A stretch of 62,390 bases of DNA, filler included, from Vannella sp. (lineage: Eukaryota): the NCBI GenBank assembly GCA_023345925.1. It is 7 parts of 7 records of this genome, joined end to end, with 100 filler letters (N's around TTAATTAATTAA, not from the genome) between each part and the next. Parts side by side here need not be neighbours in the genome. Positions count along the whole stretch, not along the records: positions 6,152 to 14,361 come from JAJQQN010000733.1; positions 14,462 to 20,755 come from JAJQQN010000460.1; positions 20,856 to 29,352 come from JAJQQN010000960.1; 4 more parts are not named here. The stretch is one strand, 5' to 3'. The notes under the pieces are model-generated. The model saw only the letters and a list, made by a program, of their open reading frames with translations. It did not search any database and was not told where the DNA came from. The translations under genes were made by a program, and so were the position numbers. Below, piece after piece: positions 10,601 through 20,862 of the stretch (positions are counted from its first letter, which is position 1; every line of letters starts with the position of its first letter).

Positions 10601-11673
10601 TTATGCCAAGGGTTTGAGGAGCGGAATGGAGTCTCTGATGTTCTGAACGCGTTGAGGACAGGAAGGGTGGGTGGAGAGAAGGTTGAAGCTGTTGTTGGCG
10701 GTGGCTTCCCCCATGCGCTCCCACAGTTCAATGGCACAAGCAGGATCGTATCCTGCGCTATCCATCAGAGTGAGACCGATAAAGTCGGCCTCCTCCTCGT
10801 GCATGCGCGAGTGGGGGAGAGAAATGAGGATCTTCTCGGCGTCTGGGATCTTCACTCCAAAGAGCCACCAAAACGTGAGCTTGAACGCCCCAAAGAACGT
10901 CTGCTCCGACATCTTCTCCACTGCGTGACGAGCGAGAACATGCCCGATCTCATGAGAGAGAACAGCAGCCAACATGTGGTCGGTGTTGGCGACGGGAAGG
11001 ATGCCCGTATTCACAATCACTTTGCCACCGGGAAGGACAAACGCGTTGGCCACTGGCGAGTCGATAACGATAGCCTCCCAGAACAGCTGCTTCAACTCGG
11101 GGCAGTGGCTGTGCATGAGGATCTCGCGGAGGATGCGGTGGACTTGCTTGGTTCTTGGGTCGGTAAGAGGGAGGATGTCCTTTTCGTTGGCTTTCTTGAT
11201 CTTCTCGTACTGTGTCCTGCCAATGTAGAGCTCTAACTCCTGAGAGAAGAAGAGAAATCGTCCTCGACCTGTCGTTAACGTGTGAGCTGAGGGGATGGAT
11301 GGAAAGGAAGTGTTCCATCGTACCTGTGACTTGAACGCGATCGTGTGCCCACACCAGAAGAACACCAACCGCAGAAGCGAGGCCAACAAGGGTAGCTACC
11401 ATGCCAGGACGCGCGAGGAACGCTTGGTAGAGAGACTTAGGAGGCCTTTCATCTGTTATCCCTGTCAGCAGAGCCCAGGCCCGAAGGGTGAGACGCACAA
11501 ATGAAAGGGTCCGCAGAACCCATCCCAAACGTCAAACTGTTCGGCTGCTTCCTCAGAAACTGCTGAGCATGTGGTGGATATGTTCCCAGGCGCGAGTTTC
11601 TTGCACCCCGCACAATACAGACCCGAGGAGTCCCACAAAGTGGGGCTCCAAGCCGTACACAAGAGCGGAACAT
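10601..11673 (-). CDS. OMA1: Oma1-like M48 zinc metallopeptidase, multi-exon
   Basis: NAFVLPGGK, HEIGH, SRMHEEEAD and LSTHP motifs; presequence-like N-terminus and a TM segment in upstream exons. Confidence 0.9.
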
Positions 11674-11805
11674 CACAAGAATGACCCGTTCAACCCTAAA
11701 CCCTAGATCCCCTTCGCTCCACCTGCTCCACACTCTCAAAGAAAATGAATTATATTTAGGAATTAAATGGAAATAGAAATAGAAATGGGAGAGGGATTGG
11801 GGACC

Positions 11806-14361
11806 TCAAACTCGCCCAATATTGGAGGAGACAGTTTGGGTCATTTGCCGGAATCGGAGGCGTCGGAAGGCAGCTTCTTTGCGGAAGCGGAGCTCAATGA
11901 GAACAATGGCGGTCAAGATGATACAGATAGCACCGGCTACGAAGCCCATCGTCATCCAAGAGAACACGAGGCTGGGAGTGTATGATTTGCAAGGATCAAT
12001 ACTTCCTCCACCGTTGGCACCACCGCCACGAGCGTTGGCTCCTTGGAGAAGCAAGGCAAAGTTGGTCAAGTGATCTGAATGGGGCGGGTTAGTCACTTCT
12101 TGGTGCAGAGCGAACGAGACAAACTCACCAGTTATTCCGCACTTGGTGCCATTCTTCTTCTTATTTGTAAGACATTCATCTTCGCAGACCCACTGGCGCT
12201 TGGAGGGTTTATAGTAGCTGAGACACCCGTTCTTCTACTCAAGGAATTAGGAATGAGCAAAGCCTAGTGTGGAAGAACTTACTTTCTTGAACGAGCGAGT
12301 CTCGTTGAAGCAGATCTGGATTGGTTCAGGCAGTTGGCTAACAGGGCGACCGAATGAGTCGGTCAAGTTGATGTCCGCCACAACACTCCCAAGGTCAGGA
12401 GGAGATCGAGAATCCCCTCGAATGTTTGGAACTATGGAAGAAAAAGACAGGTCTAGAACATATCCACCAGTTCCGTAACTTGTGGGGAAGTTGATAACCC
12501 CCAAGAAGTTGCCATCTCGGTCAGTTAACGGCACTTCAATGAGGCCAGTGTCCGAGGGAAGGAAGGATTGCAGATCGACAGCAACAGAACTCACTCGGCA
12601 GTTCCTACATTCTTCTCCAGAGAATGGACCGAAGGGTTCATCGATGATTGGAGGAGCAGTTGAGTTGGTGTTGCTGGGGGACTGTGAGGGGGATGGTACG
12701 GCAGTCACTGAAATGCTGCTACTCGGTCGGTCAGTCGGTGGCTTCGAAGCTGAAGCCACTGAACTGAGCGAAGGACTTTCCGAAGCAGCAGCAGAAGTGC
12801 TCGTTGATGACGTAGGAGACGGCGGATTGGATAAGCTAGCTGTGCTGGATTGCTGCACCAAAGGTGACGCGACGGGAGAGCGGGAAGTCGAAGAGGTACC
12901 CGAGGGAGCTGAAGAAACAGAGGAAGTTTCGGATGCAGATGCGGCACTGGAAACAGAAACTGAAGCACTTTGAGAAGCAGCAATGCTGTTGGAGGCGCTC
13001 TCAGAGAGGGTAGCGGAAGAGCTCTCCGCAGCAGATAGAGAAATCGAGGCACTCTCGGAAGGGCTCTGGCTCGCAGAAGAAGATTGGGTGTCAGAAGCCC
13101 TGGCACTGTCTGAAATAGTGCTCGAAGAGCTCTGGGAAGCAGCAGACGAAGAACTGGCAGTTTCTGTGACTGTAACTGATGGGCTCTCCAATGAAGTGAT
13201 TGAGGGACTTTCCGTTGATGAACCAGAGGCGCTACCAGAGGTGGTGAAAGAGGGAGCGGCTGAGGTACTCTCCGAAGCAGAATCACTTGCAAGAGCTGAG
13301 AAAGAGGCACTCTCTGAAGCTGTCGCAGAAGAGGTTGCTACAGGTGAGACTGAAGCGCTTTGCGAGGCTGTGAATGAACCACTTTCAGAAGCAGCAGAGC
13401 TTTCTGAGGTGGAAGCAGAGGTGCTTGTGGAGGTAGAGAACGAAGCTCTTGCTGAGGCAGAGAAGGAAGAACTTGTTGAGGTAGAAGAAGAGGACGAAGG
13501 GACTGCTGAGGTACTTTCTGATACAGACAGAGACGCACTCGCACTTTGAGTGGCAGTGGTGGAAGGAACTACTGAACTTGTGGGGGAAGTGGTTTCAGAA
13601 GAACTGAAAGAGCCGCTATTCGAGTTGGAAGCAGAACGAGAAGTTGAGGCTGTTTGAGAAGCTTGAGGAGTCGATGATACTGTTGCAGAGAAGCTTCCGG
13701 AAGTGGTGGCCGAAGTGCTTTCTGAGGTTGTGCCGGAAAGAGAAGATGAAGTACTAAAAGAGCCAGAGCCAGAAGCGCTTCCAGAGGCTGTGAAGGAGGA
13801 ACTTCCAGACACTGTGGCTGAAGGAGTTGATGACACGGTTGTAGAGAAACTTCCAGAAGTGGTGGCCGAAGTGCTCTCTGAGGTCGTGCCAGAGAGAGAA
13901 GATGAAGCGCTGAAAGAACCAGAGCCAGAAGTTGTTCCCGAGGCAGTGAAAGAGGCGCTCTGAGTTGTTGTGGCAGAAGGAGTCGACGATGCTGTTGTGG
14001 AAGTGGAAGCGCTCTCTGAGGTCGTGCCAGAGAGAGAAGACGAAGCACTGAAAGAGCCTGAGCCAGAAGTGCTCTCCGAGGAAGTGAAGGAGGCGCTTTC
14101 AGAAACTGAGGCTGAAGGACTCGACGATGCTGTTGTGGAGGTGCTTCCAGAAGTGGAAGCTGAAGCACTTCCAGAAGTGGTGGTTGAAGTGCTCTCTGTG
14201 GTTGTGCCGGAAAGAGAAGACGAAGCGCTAAAAGATGCAGAGCTAGAAGTTGTTCCCGAGGCAGTGAAAGAAGCGCTTTCAGAGGCTGCGGCTGAAGGGG
14301 TCGACGACGCTGTTATGGAAGCGCTTCCAGAAGAAGAAGCTGAAGTGCTTCCAGAAGTGGT
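11806..14361 (-). CDS. Mucin-stalk GAIN/GPS single-pass membrane protein (5' truncated)
   Basis: Long Ser/Thr/Ala stalk. Introns 12235-12282 and 12075-12128 give CLSYYKPSKRQWVCEDEC...KCGITDHLTNFALLL (GPS motif), then one TM (VFSWMTMGFVAGAICIILTAIVLI) and a short basic tail. Confidence 0.9.
13700..14361 (-). repeat. Coding tandem repeat (about 140-180 nt units, at least 4 copies) in the mucin stalk
   Basis: Unit resembling SFTASGTTSGSGSFSASSSLSGTTSESTSATTSG recurs at about 13700, 13856, 14009 and 14174. The contig breaks inside the array. Confidence 0.85.
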
Positions 14362-14462
14362 NNNNNNNNNNNNNNNNNNNNNNNNNNNNNNNNNNNNNNN
14401 NNNNNTTAATTAATTAANNNNNNNNNNNNNNNNNNNNNNNNNNNNNNNNNNNNNNNNNNNNG

Positions 14463-14672
14463 ATGAGAGCGTCGTTCGCTAAGGCAGTGGAAGGAGTTGT
14501 TTGCCCCCAGTGCAACTCAGCAGAGAACGTGATTGCCACTATCCGTGGCAAGCCTGGAGCCGAGTTGATGCAGTTTGTTCGTGCTGGAGGAAACGCCAAG
14601 TTTGGGAGCTGTACAAGCTCCTCGCGTGGATTCTGCCAAGCATGCTCTCACATCATCGAGCCTTCTGAGTAA
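14463..14672 (+). CDS. Small zinc-ribbon protein (may be 5' truncated)
   Basis: CPQC...IRGKPGAEL...GSC...CQAC. The layout resembles small prokaryotic CPxC-G-P-GGC-CxxC hypothetical proteins. Confidence 0.7.
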   Translation: MRASFAKAVEGVVCPQCNSAENVIATIRGKPGAELMQFVRAGGNAKFGSCTSSSRGFCQACSHIIEPSE

Positions 14673-14771
14673 GGGCGCGCACCCCCGTGTTGTAATACAC
14701 CTCCCTTCTCTTTGTTAGTGCTTCTGCCCATCCTTTGAGCCTTTCATTTGCTCCCTGGACCTCCTTTCAGG

Positions 14772-17726
14772 ATGCGGGCCGGGCGCTTTCTGGCTTTACT
14801 CGCTGTACTGACTCTTCTTGCTCTTCTGGTTCAAATAACAGACGTATCAATGGATCAGGAAGGGCAAGTGCCCTCTAAACGAGGAGGAATGGAGGGAATA
14901 GAGGAACTCTTGGTTCGATTGGACCGGCTCCCCATCTCTGCCTCGTGGGAGGCTCTTCTTCAAGTGAACTTGATTGGAGGGAAAGCACTCCGTTTGGCTG
15001 AACTATCACTGAGCGCTCTACTCGGCAGCGCAACCGACACGGAGCTTCCCCTTCCCAAATGTCGACTTCCCTTCCCTCAGCGGCCTCTACCGATCCCTGA
15101 AGCAACATGTGTCACAACTCAAGCTTACCAGCAGTTCATAGATCGCCTTGGAATCGAACAAGAACTCCTCTCCATCCTCCAGCAAGCAGACCTGGACGAA
15201 CCAGCTCTCAAGGACCGCTTACAGAGAGTACGACAGGCAATAGCGGAGGACCACTCGCAGAACCTTCCGAAACAGCTACTATCTGGACTCAGAGCCTTCC
15301 TAGAGAGCCTTCCTGACGACGTGAAGAGCGTGGCAGTCCGGAGCAGCTCTCCTTTGGAGGACCAGAGCGGTTCTTCGTATGCTGGGCAGTATGACACCTT
15401 CCTGAACGTTCCGAAAGATGTAGGAGCAGTTGAAAGAGCTATCAGGAGATGCTGGGCCTCTGTTTGGCAGGAACGCTTGCTGTCATATCGCCGGACACAC
15501 AAAGTAGGCCGGAATTCGATTCCTGCAATGGCCGTCATCGTCCAGAGGCAGTTGGACCCAGTTTCCAGTGGTGTGCTCTTTACGATGAACCCTACGACTG
15601 GGAAAACATCAGAGTGTGTGATTGAAAGCTGTTGGGGATTGGGAGAAGGAGTTGTTTCGGGTGCAATCTCTCCTCACACCTTTACCTATGACTGGATGAG
15701 TGGAGCATTGGTTTCGACCAATACTTTACCGCAAATGAAAAAGTTTGCCTTCTCTTCAGCATCAGAGACCGCGACCGGAGGTGACTTTATCCAAATTGTG
15801 CCAACTTCAAAGCAAGAACAGGGAGAAGCCTCGCTTGCTATGGAAGAAGTGAATGAGCTTGTTCAAATGGGCCTTCAAATCGCGTGTGCTTACCAGTCCC
15901 CACAGGACATCGAATGGGCCAGAATGGCGTCTGGAGAGGTATTTATCCTCCAAACTCGCCCGGTAACCGCGTTCACGGTAGATGAAAAAGAATCCTGGAC
16001 CAGTTCCGATGCTGGGGAACAAGGTTTACTGTCCGCTAGTATGATTACCAGAGCTTTTGTTCAGATGATGAATCAAACTCTGACTTCCGCAGGGCTACCA
16101 GGAAGACAAGGAGTCCAATTCAGAGAGTTCTTTGGGCGAGAATACATGAGAGCTGATTTTTGGAAAGAGTTCCAAGCACAAACAAGCATTCTGAAGGACA
16201 AACAAAACGCACTTTCTGTCCGATTGGAGCTTTCCCTGCTACTTGAAGAATACCTGCAAAAATACCTGCACATAGAATCGTCTCTCTACTCCCAACTAGA
16301 GAGGGTATCCGATCTCCAGACAGAGGAACTGCTGACTTTGTTCCACAATTTGGAAGAGTTTCAGGCTGAAAGCGACCTTGTCAGCTTCCGGGTTGGAAGT
16401 GTAACCGAGTTTGCGGAGTCTTCGCTGAAGCGATATGTAATGCGACTGCAGCCAGGAGCTAGGTCTGACGAAAAACTTCCTCAAGGCAAAAATCCACTCG
16501 CCAGGTTGATTAATGTATTGGCACTTGTTGATGGGGTCAACAGTGACAGTGAGGCCAAGCAATCAAGTGAGCTTTTGAAGCAATTGGGATTGTTTGGTGC
16601 CAGAGATGACTCCATAAGGACAGCTTTTGCAAACAATGCGACTCTTCAGACGATTCAATGTTCAGGCGAACGCTGCCATCAATTCACTCAGTGCTTTGAA
16701 TTGTTTTTGAAACGCTTCTACTATCTAAGTGAACGAGATGAAGATATTAGCTGCCTTCCGTTCCGACAGGACCCGACGATTCCGTGGACTATTTTAAGCA
16801 GTATAGTCCTCACTACACCCAAAAAGAGCCTCCCTGGTAACGCAATTAATTACGAAAAGCTCAAGAAAGAGCTTGAAGAGCCTCGTAAGTCGGTAACATC
16901 AATTGATACGAAAGTCTTTGAAAAGGAACTACAATGGTGCCTGGAAGAAAAGCTTCCAGCTTACGTAAACGTTATAGGAAACCTTACAGAAACTACTAGT
17001 GACTTCAACAATGTTGTTGGTCTTCTACGCCAGTCTCTGCACCAAAAGGAGGAAGTACACGTTGCCTACACTAATAACTTGTATCACTTGCGGTTCGTCC
17101 TTGTGGAAATCATCAACCGGCTCGATCTATCACACTCTCATCCTGAGTTCAAGCACTTCTGGTATGATTTACCAGGCCAATTTGGGTCCCTTTCTCCTCA
17201 GCATCCCGTCTTTGCTCTCCCGATGGAACAGGTGAAGGATCTCGTTCACTCTAAAGACTCTGCGTATGGCATTCTCCGTAATGCAGCTATTCATAACCAA
17301 ATGTTCCTGCGATTCAGGGCGCCCACCTCTCTTGGAGGGCAAAAACGACTAATCGAGGCATTTCAAGCAAAGCCGGGTCACCAAATCCAGTTCTCTGACA
17401 CTTTGAGCGGATTGGGTTCGTCAGCAGGAATCGCTAGTGGGACGGTCCGGATTATTCAATCGCTTTCAGAAGCTTCAAAGATCAAAAAAGGAGATATCTT
17501 AGTGGCTCCTTACACAGATCCTTCGTGGACTCCTCTCTTCTCCCTTATCGGAGGAGTTATCCTAGAAGAAGGAGGCACTCTCTCGCATGCAGCGGTTGTG
17601 GCCAGAGAATGCGGAATTCCTGCAATCACCCAAGTTACTCGCGCTTGCAAGAGACTGCGCGATGGAACAACAGTTCACATGGATGGAACGGCCGGTACAA
17701 TCAAAGTTCTGGAGAATAAAGAATAG
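14772..17726 (+). CDS. PEP-utilising enzyme of rifampin phosphotransferase/PigC architecture, with N-terminal signal sequence; intronless
   Basis: ATP-grasp motifs IGGKA, AVRSSSPLED, SYAGQYDTFLNV, WGLGEGVVSG, PQDIEW, ILQTRPVT; C-terminal His-swivel TDPSWTPLF...GGTLSHAAVVARECGIPA; no PEP/pyruvate TIM barrel. Confidence 0.93.
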   Translation: MRAGRFLALLAVLTLLALLVQITDVSMDQEGQVPSKRGGMEGIEELLVRLDRLPISASWEALLQVNLIGGKALRLAELSLSALLGSATDTELPLPKCRLPFPQRPLPIPEATCVTTQAYQQFIDRLGIEQELLSILQQADLDEPALKDRLQRVRQAIAEDHSQNLPKQLLSGLRAFLESLPDDVKSVAVRSSSPLEDQSGSSYAGQYDTFLNVPKDVGAVERAIRRCWASVWQERLLSYRRTHKVGRNSIPAMAVIVQRQLDPVSSGVLFTMNPTTGKTSECVIESCWGLGEGVVSGAISPHTFTYDWMSGALVSTNTLPQMKKFAFSSASETATGGDFIQIVPTSKQEQGEASLAMEEVNELVQMGLQIACAYQSPQDIEWARMASGEVFILQTRPVTAFTVDEKESWTSSDAGEQGLLSASMITRAFVQMMNQTLTSAGLPGRQGVQFREFFGREYMRADFWKEFQAQTSILKDKQNALSVRLELSLLLEEYLQKYLHIESSLYSQLERVSDLQTEELLTLFHNLEEFQAESDLVSFRVGSVTEFAESSLKRYVMRLQPGARSDEKLPQGKNPLARLINVLALVDGVNSDSEAKQSSELLKQLGLFGARDDSIRTAFANNATLQTIQCSGERCHQFTQCFELFLKRFYYLSERDEDISCLPFRQDPTIPWTILSSIVLTTPKKSLPGNAINYEKLKKELEEPRKSVTSIDTKVFEKELQWCLEEKLPAYVNVIGNLTETTSDFNNVVGLLRQSLHQKEEVHVAYTNNLYHLRFVLVEIINRLDLSHSHPEFKHFWYDLPGQFGSLSPQHPVFALPMEQVKDLVHSKDSAYGILRNAAIHNQMFLRFRAPTSLGGQKRLIEAFQAKPGHQIQFSDTLSGLGSSAGIASGTVRIIQSLSEASKIKKGDILVAPYTDPSWTPLFSLIGGVILEEGGTLSHAAVVARECGIPAITQVTRACKRLRDGTTVHMDGTAGTIKVLENKE

Positions 17727-17921
17727 AACTCTTCTCAAGAGGATTTGTTAAGGACTGAGTGAGCCAAGGAAGGTCAAAGGAGGCCTCCTTGAATAGAGTT
17801 TCGTTTGGCCTGGATGTCTGTTTTGTCATACAGAAACCAACTTCAATTGGAGGTAAGCGACAAAAGATCCCAACGCGGTGGTGGGATCGGTACCTAAGAT
17901 TTGGCGTTAGAAGAGTATCCA

Positions 17922-20606
17922 TCATTTTCGGGGATCCTCACCGAGACACTGAATAGTAACGCATTTCCCCGCTAATTTTGAGACTGTCTCAGGAGAACCA
18001 GATACCGATGCAGTGACAACTCTTTCCTCGTGAGGTTGCACGATAGTTTGAGTACCTTGCAGTTGGAAAGTGACTCCGTTTACGGATGGATAGAACGTTT
18101 GGATCGAGAAAGGAACATCTCCTCCATTCAATACTGTGATGCTTATCTTTCCAGCTTCTAATGCGCATTCAAAGCTGTTGTCATTGCAGACCGCAAAGAG
18201 TTGGTTGCCAGGAATTTTCTCCACTTTTCTGGCGAATTCATGTTGGATACGAGCAGAAGTATCCAGGTATGTGCTATCTCTTGAAAAAAATTGAGACAAG
18301 TAGGCTCGGGAGCAACTGGCCTCCTTTTCACCACGATAAAGCTCAAGCAGTAAGTCGCAAACAGCATCTCGCACTGGTAGCCAGTGGGACTTCTTCAACG
18401 CTGAACCAACGGCATTCAGAGTGTTACCCGCGATGATATACTCTTTCACACCCAAAGATATGATCTTTGGTGAAGCCGAGGAGTCAAGAAGAGCTCGGAA
18501 CGGAGTGTGGCGCATTTTACCGGCAACAACTGCCGAAGCTCCAGCCACAAAAAGGGATTTGATGCAGTCAATATGACCCAACCTGCTAGCATAGTATAGA
18601 GCAGTTTCCCCACTATCGCTTACAAGATTAGGATCAGCTCCATGCCCAATGATCACTTGAATGGCTCCCAGATTATCCAATGCAACCGCACAGTGCAGGA
18701 GTGGCAATAATGAACCTCCAATGCGGACAGTAGCTTCTGATTTGAGTGTCCCATGTTCCAGTAGCACCTTCAAATTGGTACACGGGCGATCCTTGTCCAA
18801 GAGGATTGGTATCAAGAGTTCTTTCTCATCGGCAGAAGTGATCTCCTCCAAATGAGCGAGAATCGGCACCAAACTCTCGTCACTATCTGATATAATAGCT
18901 CCTAAGAGAACCTCAAACTGACCCACCATGTGCTCCATCATCTTGTCATAGTCTTGGAATGGGGCAAAGCAGTAAGGACAAAAAATCAGCTCCTGGTCGT
19001 CTGAAAGAGGTCTTCCCCATTCTCTATCATTTGTGGGAAGTTCTCTCTCATTCGCTGCAAATGGATCCTGAATCGGCTCATAATCGTCATTGTCGCTTAC
19101 TGGAGCCTCTTCCCATTGATTTGCGACATTCGGTCTACCACAAACGATTGGGTGCTCTTCTAAGTCCCGGAGCTGCACATAATTGCCGCAAAGTTCGCAC
19201 TTTTCAGTGCGAGATCCACAGAGGCTTGCGTGGCCAAACAGCTCTCTGTGCGGGAACCGCAAAAGGCAGAATTGGCATTCCTCTGGCCGGAAATCGCAGA
19301 GCTCAGCTTGGTGACCAGGTAGAAGAGACGGCTCCATCTCCTGCTTACAGCTCGGGCATGGAACAGGCTGATGGACCAGTAAATGCTCCTCTTTCTTAGT
19401 CTTGGCCATAACCAGATTGCACTGAGGACAGCAAAAGTTGTTCCTTTCACAAAACGCTTCGTGCCTCCTGAACGAATTAGTTGGAATGAACTTTTTACAG
19501 TGCGGACAAGGAGTTGTGTCATCAGGTTGGACCTCATTGTGCACTGGAGTCGGTGTCTCTGCTTTAGGAATAATTGGAGATGGCTTGTCAAGAGAGATTG
19601 GTCCCTTTGGACGATCTGCGCTGGGTTCTTTTGCACTTAATCTCTCGCCTCCAGTCTTCATAGGAACTTGGGAGCCACTCAAAGAGTTTCCGCCTGAGAG
19701 AGTATGACCAGCTCCTGTGAAAGTAGCGGGCTTCGCCTTGGAAGGTTCAGGGACAATCTCAGGACCTTCCTCGCCACGCTTCCGGCGAGTACGACGAGGT
19801 GCAGAGGCAGTAGAAGCAACTGGAGACACGAGTTCTTCGGGAGCCTCTCTTTTGGTCTCCTCCTTTGTGTGTTCCCTCTCTTCTTCCTCCACCTTAACAG
19901 GTCTTCGGACCTCCTCGATCATATCCACAGTCACATCGGTGTCAATAAGACTAGCATGTGGCCCAGGCTCTAGTCCTGCGACTCTAAACCTGTACTCCTC
20001 CCCTTGGAAGTCGATTAAGATGCTGGTATCGAGAGTGACAGTCCCGTAATCCTTAATGGTCGTCTCCAATACCGCTTTCTGATTCGACCAACGAAGATAG
20101 TCGCCATTGCAAGGCTCTAGCTGTAGTGTTGTGGCTTTAGGGATGCGGGCATAGGACAAAAGAACCCGCTGGCCCTGCTCCACCATGAGTTCCTCTACCA
20201 GCTGCGTTGAATTAGAGCACTGAGAGAACGAGAAGAAGCTTGACAGACCCAAGGTGACATGATGAAGGTAGAAGGGGGCCCATTGAACTCGTAAGCGCGA
20301 CAAGACACCACTTTTCCGAGCTCGCGGTTGGTGGCCAGGAAGAATAAGGGAAACTCGAAGCCATCCCCCACTTGAGAAGAATAAGTACGAGAGAGGAACT
20401 TGTTGGCACTTACAAAGTTGTTGCAAACAGGAAGCAGGGAGAACCACTTGGTCCCCGCGCAAGACTTTTTCTTCGCCGAGGAACACCGGAAGGTAGACAG
20501 GGTAGACCGCCTCCCACGAACCAGGAGCTCTTCCCCCACCCTCATATCCACCATCCTCACCCATATCCATCTCATCAAACTGCTCCCAAAGACCAGAACC
20601 GTCCAT
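17922..20606 (-). CDS. UFD1-like domain, TRAF-type zinc fingers, ankyrin repeats and a beta-rich C-terminal domain
   Basis: GDQVVLPASCL; introns 20371-20413 and 20202-20248 restore FPLFFLATN...YEF...MSPW; KAVLETTIKDYGTVT, ASLIDTDVTVD; several CxxC..H..C fingers; LLHCAV, GETALYYASRLG. Start position uncertain. Confidence 0.85.
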   Translation of the reverse strand: MDGSGLWEQFDEMDMGEDGGYEGGGRAPGSWEAVYPVYLPVFLGEEKVLRGDQVVLPASCLQQLCKCQQVPLSYLFFSSGGWLRVSLILPGHQPRARKSGVLSRLRVQWAPFYLHHVTLGLSSFFSFSQCSNSTQLVEELMVEQGQRVLLSYARIPKATTLQLEPCNGDYLRWSNQKAVLETTIKDYGTVTLDTSILIDFQGEEYRFRVAGLEPGPHASLIDTDVTVDMIEEVRRPVKVEEEEREHTKEETKREAPEELVSPVASTASAPRRTRRKRGEEGPEIVPEPSKAKPATFTGAGHTLSGGNSLSGSQVPMKTGGERLSAKEPSADRPKGPISLDKPSPIIPKAETPTPVHNEVQPDDTTPCPHCKKFIPTNSFRRHEAFCERNNFCCPQCNLVMAKTKKEEHLLVHQPVPCPSCKQEMEPSLLPGHQAELCDFRPEECQFCLLRFPHRELFGHASLCGSRTEKCELCGNYVQLRDLEEHPIVCGRPNVANQWEEAPVSDNDDYEPIQDPFAANERELPTNDREWGRPLSDDQELIFCPYCFAPFQDYDKMMEHMVGQFEVLLGAIISDSDESLVPILAHLEEITSADEKELLIPILLDKDRPCTNLKVLLEHGTLKSEATVRIGGSLLPLLHCAVALDNLGAIQVIIGHGADPNLVSDSGETALYYASRLGHIDCIKSLFVAGASAVVAGKMRHTPFRALLDSSASPKIISLGVKEYIIAGNTLNAVGSALKKSHWLPVRDAVCDLLLELYRGEKEASCSRAYLSQFFSRDSTYLDTSARIQHEFARKVEKIPGNQLFAVCNDNSFECALEAGKISITVLNGGDVPFSIQTFYPSVNGVTFQLQGTQTIVQPHEERVVTASVSGSPETVSKLAGKCVTIQCLGEDPRK

Positions 20607-20862
20607 CCCACCCACAAGGCGGGGAAATGGGGAAATGAGGAAATCAACCCGATTTTTCCACTCCTCACCAGTGATTGGGACCTCCACTACTCCTTCTTTC
20701 TCTGCACGCTCTTTGCTGATGCGGTACACCACGAGCCTCTGAGAAACACCAATCTNNNNNNNNNNNNNNNNNNNNNNNNNNNNNNNNNNNNNNNNNNNNT
20801 TAATTAATTAANNNNNNNNNNNNNNNNNNNNNNNNNNNNNNNNNNNNNNNNNNNNCATTGCC

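Noticed and set aside
13700..14361. Regularly spaced repeats as a CRISPR array
   Set aside because: Repeats are degenerate at codon third positions, lack unique spacers, lie in a coding frame, and no cas genes are present. The same applies to 40532-40614.
12482..14413. Long Glu/Ala/Val-rich plus-strand ORFs (also 6578-7405)
   Set aside because: Antisense shadows of the Ser/Thr-rich mucin stalks on the minus strand.
14772..17726. Bacterial contaminant contig, or an ordinary PEP synthase
   Set aside because: The same contig carries an intron-containing UFD1-like gene, and the His domain is C-terminal with no pyruvate-binding barrel, unlike PpsA/PPDK.
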